Origin: Octopus sinensis
Taxonomy: Eukaryota
Assembly: GCF_006345805.1 (NCBI RefSeq)
Contig: NC_042998.1
Span: 7,936,001 to 8,000,000, forward strand
Direction of reading: 5' to 3'
Length of the DNA stretch: 64,000 bases
The position numbers and the translations under genes are program-made. The notes beneath the pieces were generated by a model. The model had not been told where the DNA came from. It was given only the letters and a program-made list of their open reading frames with translations, and made no database searches. Shown here one piece after another: positions 1-13,555 of this stretch; within the stretch, counting starts at the first letter, position 1, and every line of letters begins with the position of its first letter.

Positions 1-249
1 GAGCGCCCAATAACACTGTACTTATTTCCCGTCCTCGCGTTGTTGTATTTTCTCTTTGTGTTTTCATGTTTGGATTAACTTTACATACATACATACATAC
101 ATACAGACATACATATATACATACATACATACATGAACTGTAGTGTCAGAAAAAGTAGAGGGACGTTGAAACTAAAAACTACAAGCGACTAATATGTAGA
201 AGGAACAATTCCAGAGTGCTGAGGCAGTTTCAGATTTTCATTAGAAACT

Positions 250-1390
250 GCTAATAAACATGTCCTTGGCGTATAACATGGTGATTTCATATCAAATGAA
301 CTGATTCGTGGAAGTACTGCAAAGGATCAAAAACAGTAAAACGGTTGGTTATGATAATATACAACAAGGCGACTGGAATGGAGAGTCATTCAATAATATT
401 CTCTTTCAGAACATTTTTAATGTCGTATACAGCCAAAACCCAATTGAGAAATGGACTGGGAGCTGCACTCTTTCGTTTCTCAGCAAAGGTAATTTAAGCT
501 AAAATTTACAGAATGATTACTTTTGCAGCGTTAGCAACAAAACCAACAAGAAATTGTTGCTTAAACGTCTACAGCCAAAATTTGAGAAGGACTTAAGGAG
601 ACACTGGAATAGATTCAGCAGAATCGGTCAACTTTTGAACAGAGTTTTACAATCCGAAAGGAATTAAGAGCTAAAACCTCTGTAAAGCCCTCGAATTTAT
701 GCACCAAAGAAAAGTGGAATGCATCTATTTAACATAGGGTGTACTTGAACTAGTAATTAGCTGCAGAACGATGCTCTACAGGCTCACAAGAGTAAAAGGA
801 CGATCGTTCGACAGAGATACTGGTTTCTTCGATATCAATTCCATACCGGATTATTCAGATGATGATAATCTGCTTTGACTGTGTCTTTTGCCCTTCAATT
901 CACAAAATGAAAAAACAAAGATGATCTACGTTCCCTCCTTACCTATCCACAGCAACAACAGACGCATATACCAATACCATTCTTCTGTTTGCATACATTT
1001 TCTCAAAAGGTACCTAGTAAAAGCTGTAGAAAACATTGGTTCTCGTGTAAATAACTTATATATTAAATACATCTGCTACCTTCAAAAGGGCTCAATAACT
1101 AAAAACAAAACATTCCAAAATCTGTAAATTCTTTTGTGTACATACGAAATAACAATACAAAATCTACAGAAAAGCTGTATTTCTCGGCCTCACTATCATT
1201 TGGAAGCCATTGATGATATTAAGAGGAGATTCTTTCGTCCTGTTGTAAGGGCCCACTGGCTGGACATTCACGGGTTGATGTAAGGCTTAATGGCTCTCAG
1301 ACGAATACGCTACGGATCGTCCTGAATATCTCGTGGAGAAATCCTCCAAGCAAAGACTCATGTAGTCGTCTGGAAATTCCTGATGTCATG
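250..1390 (+). mobile_element. Decayed RTE-type LINE reverse transcriptase remnant
   Basis: Broken frames give RIKNSKTVGYDNI...NPIEKWT, TMLYRLTRVKGRSFDRDTGFFDI and RLNGSQTNTLRIVLNISW. These recall RTE ORF2 motifs (KACGLDNIP...IEKW, MLY.NT..KVRSPDGDTDFFDI, RLDG.YTRMLR..LNISW). Many stops and frameshifts. Confidence 0.75.
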
Positions 1391-1486
1391 AAGAGAGAGA
1401 GAGAGAGAGCCGCATGTTTTTGCAGGATATTGCTAAAGAACGAAGCAAACACTCGTGATACATTTCATTGGACTACCTGACATAAA

Positions 1487-1865
1487 TCTCTCTATATATA
1501 AAGCTGAAGTCTGTGTGTGGCAGGTTTGGTAGCCTTCAACTAACACTATCTCCTCCGAGACCCTGCGGCACAAGTTGACCAAAATTGAGAGTATGATAGA
1601 AGAAGGCTTGCTCTTCCTTCCGTAGAAAAAATTCAAATCGGACCATGTTAAGACCAAAAATTATTTACATCAAAAAGGTGGTTTTTTCTATGAAAATCCC
1701 TATTTTTGACTGCTGTGTCGCCATTTTTCGGTGTATTTCAACCAGAAAAATGATTGCTTAAAGAGAATAACAAGATACATAATGCACAATTTTTACTTTT
1801 CAAAAATTCCAATTCTAAAGTAAAGGGTCGAAACAAACCCGAGCAACGCTGGGCGATACTGCTAG
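1487..1865 (+). mobile_element. Non-autonomous Helitron, subfamily 1
   Basis: Starts A|TC(tctctatatataaag) and ends with a subterminal hairpin (cccgagcaacgctggg) then CTAG|T; no TSD. The 3' ~30 nt are shared with the copies at 21838 and 49257. Confidence 0.8.
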
Positions 1866-2299
1866 TATATAATACTACACAGGTGTGCCACCAGTAAATT
1901 CATTCAGTTATCGGCATTGTATAGCCTTAGGATGTTGCCTGATGATCTCTCAAATGCTATGATGGGTCGTGTGATCGACTGAGGCAAATCGAAGCAAGAT
2001 CAACCGGATAAATAGATGTTAAAACACTTGTGTTAACATCCTGTATTAGATTCGGTGTCTGATACAGCACAGTAAGCTAGATTTTATAAATCTTCTCAAA
2101 CATAAAATTGCTTATTCCATAAATATTTTGTTACATGCCTTGCATTGGCCCCAGCATCCATTTATCGTCGCATTTCTTCAATTGTTCATTTACTTAACAA
2201 TAAAGCTTTCAAACAGTCATTTATTATTTATTTTGTAACTTAGCATTAATGTCTGCTAGACTTAACCGTCGCCAGGTTCTAACTCATGACAGTTAATTA

Positions 2300-2759
2300 A
2301 GACACACACACACATACACACACACACGTATACGCACACACATGCATATGTATGTGTATATGTGTGTCTATGCAGAATTTATGCTTATGTATCTATATGT
2401 GTAAATGTAACATAGCATTACGCGTAATATGCAGATAGTATTTCAAAATATTCGTATGTCATATTACATGCATATTCCTGCTCAGCTATTCCTTAAAAGC
2501 GATAGTTGCATATATATGTAACGAGGTGAAATAACTGCCTATGTAGTCATATGTATACGAATGTACACCCTACGCACACGCACACACGCATACACGCATA
2601 TATATGAATGTCTGTGAACGTGTGTGAATGTGTGTGTGTATATGTATATATGAGTATATATATAGGTGTATATATATATAAAAACGAATATACGAATATA
2701 TATACATACATATATATATACATATATATATACATATGTATGTGTATGTATGTGTATGT

Positions 2760-2791
<32 letters not shown>

Positions 2792-2810
2792 GGTGTATAT
2801 ATATAAAAAC

Positions 2811-2850
<40 letters not shown>

Positions 2851-2915
2851 GTATGTGTATATATATATATAATATATATATACATATGTATGTGTATATA
2901 TATATATATATATGA
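2300..2915. repeat. Compound (CA)n/(TA)n/(TATG)n microsatellite region
   Basis: Visible dinucleotide tracts, with unique sequence between about 2400 and 2570; source of the IY/YI ORFs. Confidence 0.9.
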
Positions 2916-2924
2916 TCACGTGAC

Positions 2925-3175
2925 CGCGTGACCAACGAGATTATCAGATGTTGTTACGTTATACATCGCTGGTCACAATGCGCTTTGCACCAGTTTAGCC
3001 ATCGAATGACGCCACCCCGCTAGTTAGGCGAGCAGTCTAACACCCCCACTTGATCGAAAGGAGACTGTGGAACGTAAACTGAAGTGTTTGCTCAAGAACA
3101 CAAGGCGGTCTGTGAATCGGATACTGCAATTTAATGATCGTGAGTGCAATTCTGACCACTAGGCCAGGTGCCTTC
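2925..3175 (-). mobile_element. tRNA-headed SINE, diverged, tail type 3
   Basis: The minus strand has the head ggcacctggcctagtggtcag and the same 3' module (ccagcgatgt...caacatctgata...ggtcacg) as 27853-28120. Confidence 0.7.
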
Positions 3176-3417
3176 ACACACACACATGCGCGCGCATGCC
3201 CACACACAACAGATCGAGAAGGTATAAAGTAAACAACAAAGGGAAAAGAAAAGAAAACAAAGTTGCAGTTTTACCTTGTATTCTATATTTCGGGTTAACG
3301 ACCTCTTTTTCAGGACATTTCGTAAAAGCAGTACTTGGAAAAATTAGTGGGGAAGAGGGAGGAGGACGGGGGATGGGGAGGCAGGGGAAGAAGGAGGATG
3401 GCGACAAAGTGCATACG

Positions 3418-4075
3418 ACTGGCTGGATGGATCCTGAGAAGATTCAGAACCAGAGAAAAGAAGCCGTGATGGTCCTCTGGAGGACATTCGTCCTCAGCCG
3501 CCTAGATTACTGTTCCAGCTATGGTCAACCAACAGTGTAAATTTAACAGCGGACCTTGAAGCAATGCAGCAAAGCTTCACAAAGAAGATCGTCACTTGGC
3601 AACTGCTCTGCTATTGGGAAAGGCTGAAACAGCTAAGTCTATATTCCCTGGAGCGAAGGCAGGAGAGATATGCAGTAATATACATCTGGAAGATCCTGGA
3701 AGGAATTGTGCCAAATTTTGGCATTGAAAGCTAGACCAATGCCAGAACGGGTCGACACTGCACAATGCCAAAGATCCCAGCAATGCTATCGCGCTTCAGG
3801 ACCAGTTACTGCAACAGCCTGGGTTTCAGGAGCCCACAGCTTTTTAATATTCTCCCAAAGATCCTGAGGAACCTGCACAAAGTAGATGTAGGTGTTTTTA
3901 AATCAAGGCTGGGCCTCTTCCTGTCGAGAGTCCCAGATAAACCTACCTCACAGCAAGAGGTGCAAATGCGGGTAGCTACATCAAGCTCCATTCTTCACAA
4001 AGTGCCACATATTAGAGGAGGCTCTCAGTAATAACAGTTTAGCAAAACAGTGGGGATCCAGCATGGTCACAACTC
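3418..4075 (+). mobile_element. 5'-truncated CR1-type LINE, 3' end of ORF2
   Basis: VMVLWRTFVLSRLDYCS, YWERLKQL.LYSLERRQER, CNSLGFRSPQLFNILPKILRNL and FLSRVPDKP across frameshifts. Confidence 0.85.
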
Positions 4076-4094
4076 TGAATTGAATCTACAAAGA

Positions 4095-4745
<651 letters not shown>

Positions 4746-5439
4746 AGACTTATTTTAGCCAAATAAACTTACACAGTTTTCTGCTTTATTTACTTTTTGC
4801 TTATTTCTTAATTTTCCAGTCTGTTGTGAAGAGGAAATTTGTCACGTTGCACTTCTGTAACCTTGTAACCGACACAATTTCACTGCATCTCAGACACTTT
4901 GGCTTACCGGTGCTCGGCCTGACAATATGTCATCACGGGCTAGTTATTCTGAATAGATTATTTGCCTGGGCAAATTTTATGTCTCCAAAAGAATTTCGTT
5001 TTTATTACTTTTTACATAATTTCCTTCTCCATAACTTATACTTTTATTTATGCGAATATTTTTACATATATTTTCTTTATATTTCAGGAAATTCCTTTTC
5101 AGTTTTATATAAGCTATAAACACATTTAATCGTGACTGACTTGAAATATGGAATAGCAACTGACATACCACATAGAAGCCATCTTTCTTATTTTAATCGT
5201 CGCATGGGAGCGACAACCAGTTAGTTTCATGTGAAGTGAAGCATGTTTAAGTCCGAATTGTAAGATAAAAAAGCAAGCATGCTTGGCGAGTTGCTGAAAA
5301 AACATTAATAAAACGTTTTGACTAACACTGATCGTGTTACGTATTTTATTTTTTCATTTTGAAGGCTGTTCACATTTTTCTATATTCACCGATGGAATTC
5401 GCGTCATATGCATATGCTTCCAACAAAATAACATATAAC

Positions 5440-5605
5440 TATTTCTTTACTACCCACAAGGGACTAAACACAGAGAGGACAAACGAGGACAGACAAACGG
5501 ATTAAGTCGATTATATCGACCCCAATGCGTAACTGATACTTAATTTATCGACCCCGAAAGGATGACAGGCAAAATCGACCACGGCGGAATTTGAACTCAG
5601 AACGC
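5440..5605 (-). mobile_element. SINE family A, 5'-truncated
   Basis: Tail tatttctttactacccacaagg and body cgaccccgaaaggatga...ggcggaatttgaactcagaacg. Confidence 0.9.
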
Positions 5606-5699
5606 CAAAATATATACCAATAGAATCCACGTGATATGAACGTATTTTCAATAAATGAACTTACATTAACGGAATCTGAACCATACGGACGTACTTGCA

Positions 5700-5910
5700 A
5701 CTAAGTAATGGTAACAAATTTTGGCAAAAGGCCAGCAAATTTTGAAGTTGGAGGCACTCCGATTACACCGACTCCCAGTACTTGATCCTGAAAGAATGAA
5801 AGGCAAAGCTGATCTCGACAAACTGTGAACTCAGGATGTATTGAGTCTGAAAATGTTCTGTCATGCATTTTGTTCGGCGTACTATTAATTCAGCCAGTTC
5901 GCCGCCTTAC
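5700..5910 (-). mobile_element. Older A-related SINE
   Basis: Head ggcggcgaactggc on the minus strand; diverged gaaaggcaaag...gaactcag body. Confidence 0.75.
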
Positions 5911-5966
5911 CTGCAACAAGGTAACAGGTAAATATCGCGCTTAAAAATACTTCAGTTGGAACTTAC

Positions 5967-5988
5967 CTTAATTATTGTATTAGAATAT
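5967..5988 (-). other. Candidate 22-nt microexon
   Basis: ttttctccatgttttgctatcgttcag|ATATTCTAATACAATAATTAAG|gtaagt. Consensus donor; only one frame is open (phase 2: YSNTIIK). Confidence 0.2.
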
Positions 5989-7225
5989 CTGAACGATAGC
6001 AAAACATGGAGAAAATATAAGCAGCATGACCTCTGTGTAAAAATACATCAGATAGAGATATACTGTGCTACAGAGATACACTTACAGATTTTAACCAAAA
6101 CCATATGTATAAAAGGGGGTAAACACCTAGTCTTCATATGCACTACCCTTGTGAAAAGATATAACGATATCAGACACACTAAATCTAGTCCTTGGTTGTA
6201 CAGTATAAAATTAAATCAAAACTCTGTTTAGTTTATCAATCAAACTAGTTGCCGAGAATATGTTATATATAAAATCGATGAGTTCCATCTACTACTAGCA
6301 ATGGTGAATTTATAAGCAGTGCCTTAGCGGACAGTCAAAGAATGTATTTTGTCTGCCATAAGATCCCAGCACAGAACTGAAACTAGTTCGGCCGATACCT
6401 CTCTGCCTGCGAAGGTCGGTATTTATATAAAGACATTGATTTATATGTACTGTGAATAGATGTGTGTGTGTATGCGTGTGTGTGTATGGTGTTGGCTAGA
6501 ATTTATAGATATATTCAGTAATAAGCACAATATCGAAGCCAATCGTAAAAGTGTCTTCAAGAAAAATGTTCAAAAGAACGTAAAGTAAAAGAAAAAAATC
6601 TTAAAAAATAACGTTTTCCTTTTATGTATTCTTTTTGAAAGGAAAGAGTCGAGTTTATTGTACACCGTTGATTTCTTGACTTATGGTGGCAGTAAATTTT
6701 GTATAAATCGGTGAATGTGTTTGAAGCTTTCAATTGACTCCTTTCATGTCTTTCATTTCCTCTCCTTACTATCTTTTCTCTCTATCGTTTCTTCTCTAAC
6801 TGCATTGATTGTAACTTACCAAGATGTTCAATTAATGCTCTCTTATAATCTTCTTGGGCCGAGGTATGGTAAGTGAAGTAGTATATAGTTGCTTCCCTTT
6901 ACGTTCTAAGTTCTAATCCTGGTGAGGGACACTTTGCCTCCATGTGTCGGCAAAATAAATACGAGCCTAGTATTGTGATCGAGAAAATCAATTCGTCTAC
7001 CTCTCTCCACAAACAAAATGTGTTTTTGTTCCGAAGTATCAAATCAATATGTATTTATTCCTGCCACAAAATTATGATATTTGTTCGAGGAAACTGTAAT
7101 TCCTCATCCTGTCTACGTTTATAACATAGAAACTTTTAAATTTTCAATACATGATTGGTTATCTCTTCTGGCCAAGCCATAAAGATAACCACAGTAAAAA
7201 AAAAATAATAAAATAAAAAACTTAC

Positions 7226-7366
7226 CTCCATCTTTACGGTCAGAAAGGACATCAACTCAGATAACTACAAACCCACTACAAACGTGAAATAAAACCGAAT
7301 ATAGAATGCTATTCCCACACATGAAACCATGTTACAGTTACACACAAAAATCTTCTCACGCTGCAT
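7226..7366 (-). other. Candidate 141-nt exon (5' UTR or first coding)
   Basis: ctttctttcag|ATGCAG...AAAGATGGAG|gtaagt. All three frames contain a stop, but MSFLTVKME is open into the donor. Confidence 0.3.
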
Positions 7367-8469
7367 CTGAAAGAAAGCCATCAAATCGGTTGCCGAAGAT
7401 GCACTCGCAAACATACTATAACTTGTAGCAAACAAATACTCTTTCTTCTGATTCTCTCTCTCGTCTATTTTATCATAACTACTGCGATATCTGTTCATGT
7501 TTGCAATAATCGCCATATCCTTTCCTCTATTCTTTCCTCTATCTCTCTCAGTACCAATTTCTATTTTCACTACTCATCTATAGAACCTTAACCCTCTAAG
7601 AATCCTTTTCACACCCTTGTCTTTTCTTATAGAATTCTAATTACAGATGCTCAAGTTTAGAGGCAATTGTAATTCGGAAAGCTTGTTAAGATTATATGTA
7701 ATGCACCTTCTTATTAATTAAACCTGTGAAAATGTGTTTGAGGATCCCCATATTCAAAAGAAATACTGCGATATTTTGAAAACGGTTTTCAAAAATTGTT
7801 TCAAGGATATTGAGAGTAAACATACGAATTCTGTATTACTGTTGATCTTCAAAATTTTCAGCTCTTCAGTCTCCTGATATTAAACTGTCTCTTCACTCTC
7901 CTGGTATTAAACTGCATTTATTTAACAGTTCTCTGAAGAGAATTTCAAGATCTAACATTAGCACATTTATTCAGTGACATTCCCTTATGTATGTAGTTTA
8001 AATCTTTCAAAATCTCACTTTGTATTTCAACCTCTTGACAGAAGACAAAATTATTATCAGTCAAAAAATGAGGCCGATTTTCTAAGTTACACATTCCCAA
8101 AATTCGTTGGCTTTATGCCCATCTCAGCTCAGATTTCAATATTCAGAGCTAAATAAATGCCAGTTAGGTTTGATTACATTGTTTTGTAGTTGTTTGCATA
8201 TTGAAACCTAGTGAGAAAATAGTTTGATAGATTTTGGTACTTACATTTTTAACTGTATCATTTTACAGTTTGTCAAAAATAAAATTCTGAAAATTGTTTA
8301 AAGTACTCTGTCTTTGAGATTTAATTTTTAGCATTTCGTAGCCTCACAGATATGACTTTCTCATATCATCTTCTAACTCAAGCATCGGTGCCCATGTTAC
8401 AGAGAAATGCAACGCTGGCATTCTGTCAGCTTAAGAAACATTTTGAAAATATTTTACAATACGGTGATT

Positions 8470-8785
8470 TCATGTGAAGGCACAAGGCCTAGTGGTTAGA
8501 GCAGCAGACTCGCAGTCGATAGATCGCAGGATCGAATCTGAGACCGATCGATGTGTTTGTTTATGAGCGAAACACCTGAGCTCCACGCGGCTCCGGCAGA
8601 AGGTAACGGCGAACTTCTGCTGACTCCTGACTCTTCCACCACAATTTTCTCTCATTGTTTCCTCCACTGCAGCTCCAGCGATAGACTGGCATCCCGTCCA
8701 GGTGGAGGACCTATACGTCAATGAAACCGGAAACCGGCCCTTACGAGTCAGGCATGGCTCGAGAAGGAACAAACAACAGCAATAA
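8470..8785 (+). mobile_element. SINE family C head/body with tail type 2
   Basis: A-box-like tggcctagtgg/aggcctagtgg head, B-box-like region, gcgatagactggcatcccgtccagg module, and an (AAC) tail. Confidence 0.85.
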
Positions 8786-8859
8786 CAGTGATTTCATAGG
8801 AGAATGTGGTGGCGGGGAAGTAATTTTATTGTAAGATACCCAAAGACGGTGAGCTGGCA

Positions 8860-9300
8860 GTATCATGAGCACTCCAAACAAAAAGCTTAGCACCATTTCG
8901 CTGTCTTTACGCTCTGAGTTCAAATTCAACCCAGGCTGAAATTACCTTTCATTCTTTCGGAGCCGATGAAATAAGTACCAGTTGCGCTGGAGTCGATATA
9001 ACCGACTAGAAAAGGCGGCGAGCCGGCAGAACCGTTAGAACGCCGGGCGAAATGCGTAGCTGTATTTCGTCTGCCGTTACGTTCTGAGTTCAAATTCCGC
9101 CGAGGTCGACTTTGCCTTTCATCCTTTCGGGGTCGATAAATTAAGTACCAGTTACGCACTGGGGTCGATGTAATCGACTTAATCCGTTTGTCTGTCCTTG
9201 TCTGTCCCGTGTTTAGCCCCTTGTGGGTAGTAAAGAAACCGATATAACCGTCTAGGCCTTTCGTCTCCAAAATTTTAGTCCTTCTGCCAAAAGTAGAAAA
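8860..9300 (+). mobile_element. Older A-related SINE interrupted by a young family A SINE (9010-9238)
   Basis: 16-bp TSD cgatataaccg(a/t)ctag at 8994-9009 and 9240-9255, with one mismatch. Confidence 0.9.
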
Positions 9301-11229
9301 TATTATTAGATGATCAATCAACTAATACCAAGGTTAAGGAAGTTCAAAGATTTAAGCATAGAAAAGAAACTAGGCATTACATTTGATCCAGTTCACCTTC
9401 ATGCTGTCTTGGTTAGTTCACTGATTTGATGGGATTATAAGGAAGGTTAGTGATGCTACCTGACAAAGTGGAGCTTTTTTTTTACTTATGATTCTCGTTG
9501 AAAAACATTCTGAGATTTTTAAAGATTGAAAATACGACAACCAATCCTGTAGATAAATTGTACTTAATTGAACGAGTATAATGGTCGAGTGGAAACAGCG
9601 GTTTGTATTCCATTAGTCATGCTGTGCTGTGCCTTAGGCAAGACACTGAACACAAATGTTTCACTCCCCTCTCAGCGAACAAGCCAGCAAAATAAACAAA
9701 GAAATGATTTTTTTTTTTTAAATGCTAATTTTGACACGCTGGTGGAGAACCGAACCAACTGGAAATAGAAAAGAAGTTTGTTGCTTTACATTAAATGATA
9801 TCGAATTTTTTTTCTATGAGAATGAATGAACGACAAAAATTTGAATAATACACCAAGCAAGTATATTGAACTAAGTGTACTAGAAACACGAGTCTCAGTG
9901 TATTTTCTTCTTCCTGAATACCTGACACGTGGAAACAAAGTATCTACAGATGTTCCCCAATAGCAAAATGTTTTTATCATATCTTTATTTTATTTCTTCA
10001 CCCTTGGGCATAGCATTGTTTGGATTTTTCTCTTCCTTTATGTAACAAGCACAGAAAGATTTTCCTTTTCCTTAGAATAACGTATTTCCTGGAAGGCTCT
10101 TGGGAAATATATTAACTTGAACAGCTCTCGGCTAACCTACATTTAAGGTTTCTTTTCTATCTTCCTATACAATTATAAAAACGCATTGCATCAGCATTCT
10201 TCATAACTACTGAAAGCAAATAAATTCAAAAGTCTATAAAATAATCTAAATACTTGTACTACGAACACAGACTAGGCAGTAAGATGCTCTAATTATATAT
10301 AAAACACCTATCCCTATATATTTTCAATATATTTGCCATATTACCATAGTCTTTGTGTTGTTTATTTTTCTTCACAATTACCTTGGCAGTTATTTTTTTA
10401 GTTAAATGATTTTCCCCGTTTTATTATTTTTACATATACAACATATTAACTATTCTTGTACAATATCTGAATATCTTATTGAATACTATCACGCAATTTT
10501 ATTAAAATCTTTTCTGTAAATTATTCTTACTAACGACAGTGAGAATTAGATTTGTACACTATAAACGAAGTTTCCTATAACTACGTTCTTTAAAATTATG
10601 TAAGCATTTTATGAAATAGGGTTTAGTTTGTAAGAAGCAAATTATTTCTCACAAAGATGAAGTGTGATTTATTGAATTTACCTATGTGACGAGCGATCTA
10701 TATCATAAAAGCGCCCTTATTAAAATGTATAATACCAAGAAAAATTTGCATTTCATTAAGATGTATATCAAATTACCGAATTAATTGGTTACTTTCATCC
10801 ATTAATAGATTGATAGTCATTATCGAAAAACAGATTAAGTGAAGCAGAATTTCCATATCATTCATTATGCACTTTATAAAACGTATATTTACCTCCTTTA
10901 AAGTTGTATACATTCACACATCTCTCGCACTATCTCTCTATCTCTCTATCTATCATATATGTACACACATACATGCACACACACATATAGTGTGCGTCCG
11001 TGTCTAAGCGAGTGTGAGAGACAGAGACACAGAGAGGAATATAATTGTGCCTACCTTAATCACCGAGGATGAGAATTTCAGAGAGGAGTAGAGTTAGATA
11101 CATAGCCTCAGCGTAGATCATTGCAGCCGTATTCCAACTAGATTAACAAAGGAATATGCTGGAAGACTAAGTGCGTGCAACTCCTTCAAAAAATGGAAAT
11201 TGAATTTAACTACAAACACTGAAGACGGA

Positions 11230-11440
11230 ATATTGATTTCAAATTCTGGCTCAAGGCCAGCAATTTCAGGTAATGGAGTAAGTCGATAAGATTGACTCCA
11301 GTGCTCAGCCGGTAATTATTTTATCGACCCCGAAAAGTAGAGTCAACCTCGGTGGAATTTGAACTCAGAACGTTACAGGCGGAATGCTGCCAAGCATTTT
11401 GCCCGGCGTGATAATGATTCTACCAGTTCGCCGCCTTGAC
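11230..11440 (-). mobile_element. Older A-related SINE
   Basis: tatcgaccccgaaaag...ggaatttgaactcagaacg...gttcgccgcc. Confidence 0.85.
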
Positions 11441-11614
11441 CAAAGACAGAATATTAGTAAAAGATATGTACATGACAATGGCATCAATATGATTAGCAAT
11501 CTGGGTTTTAGTCGTGGATATTTGTTAGAATTAATGTCAGACTAAGGTACAAATGTCTTTCTGATGAGCGGAGAAGAATTGTGCAGTAGATAATTTCGTG
11601 TATTATTTATTTAC

Positions 11615-12016
11615 TCTTACGCTCTTACTCTTTTACTTGTTTCAGTCATGTGACTGTGGCCATGCTGGAGCACCGCCTGTAGTCGAGCAAATCGACTCCA
11701 GGACTTATTCTTTGGAAGCCTAGTACTTATTCTATCGGTCTCTTTTACCGAACCGCTAAGTTACAGGGACGTAAACACACCAGCATCGGTTGTCAAGCGA
11801 TGTTGTGGGGACAAACACAGACACACATACATATATATATATACACATATATACGACGGGCTTCTTTCAGTTTCCGCCGACCAAATCCACTCACAAGGCT
11901 TTGGTCGGCCCGAGGCTATAGTGGAAGACACTTGCCCAAGGTGCCACGCAGTGGGACTGAACCCGGAACCATGTGGTTGGTAAGCAAGCTACTTACCACA
12001 CAGCCACTCCTGCGCC
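11615..12016 (-). mobile_element. SINE family B, full length
   Basis: Minus-strand head ggcgcaggagtggctgtgtggtaag, B-box ggttcagtccc, caccttgggcaagtg core, internal (TA/TG)n, and a gtaaaagag tail. Confidence 0.95.
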
Positions 12017-13052
12017 TATTTGTTTTAAGATATTAACGATTTTCGTTATTTCGTACAATACTACTGATATTTGTGTATTATATAATATTGCTATCTCCTA
12101 ACCAATGAATGTTGTTGTTTGATTATTGCTATAGAATAATATCTTTCGTGTTGCTTTCGTTATTGGACAGAGGCCATATTTCCGTTATTGGACTGCAGCC
12201 ATCTTGAGGCACCACACTGGATTTGCTTTAGTCGAACAAATCGACATAATTACGTAGAGTATTTGTTTTAAGTGTAACACATATTCTATCGGTATCTTTT
12301 GTCGAACCGCTAGTTTTCAGGAACGTAAACAAATCAACATCGGTTATCAAGCAGCGTTAAGGGACAAACACAAATATACATACATGCATCCACAGACACA
12401 CACACACACACACACACACGCATATGTATAAGTGTGTTCGTGTGTGCAAGTGTGTGTGTGAGTGTGTTTTTGTGTGTGTAATTGTGTGTGTGTGTGTGTG
12501 TGTGTGTATAAATTTACACATGTTCGTATACTTATGCATCAAATTGTTTATCTTAATCAAGCGATTAAGCAAACCAGTAATACAAGAGACCCAGTATTCA
12601 GACGATGTTGGGCGCCTCGGGGCTACCCGAAAGTATGTGGTTATAAGAAAGACTTCTAAACCACCCAGCCATGACTGTGCCTATAAAAATGTAGTAAACG
12701 CTTTAAAAATATTAATATTATTTGATTAAAATTTACATATATATTAAAACTACCCCTGCTTTCTTAATTCCTTTCATTCCTTCTATTTCCAGTTTGTTTC
12801 ATCGTAAACTGGGGCCTGTAAAACGCTATTAGATACTATCATCGTCACTTCACTCTCAAGCACCATATTTTTGATTATTGCTATTTCAGTGAATATTATT
12901 TTTAATACGATATTAAAATAATATGTGTATAACCAAGACCTGCTGGGATTCCTTCTTTATCAAAGTGATTTCTGACAAATTCTATTTCGTTTGGGAATAT
13001 TTTAATATAAAGTGATAAAAATGTGTGTGTGGCGCGCGTATACATACATACA

Positions 13053-13100
<48 letters not shown>

Positions 13101-13521
13101 CACGTATGTGTGTATAAATGTATATGTATATACATATATGTGTATATATATGCATATACAAGCATGTCAGTATATATATATATATATATATATTAATATA
13201 TATATTGGTATATATATGAGTAAAACGGAATAGACATCAACCAAGTCGGCACCCAATACATATGAAAGAAAGCAAACTTAGGATTCAATGTAACCTTATC
13301 CATATGTATGGACCGAATTAATTTTCAAAATGACATCAGGTATTTAGTTATCTGAGACGGTGTTTGATACAAGACCTTGGCTCTATATTCCAACGAAGTC
13401 ATAGCAAAATATGATACAAAAATTATTAAAAATTGGTCCTATTAATTGATCCCACTATTTCTGAAACCTAGGAACCTCTTAATTTTTTATCTGTGTCAAG
13501 TCACCATCACTCCTCTTCCCT

Positions 13522-13555
<34 letters not shown>

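Noticed and set aside
4819-4950. Possible exon on either strand (plus [12 protein letters not shown]-stop; minus donor at 4907)
   Set aside because: The two readings conflict, and the minus-strand 41-nt version has stops in all frames.
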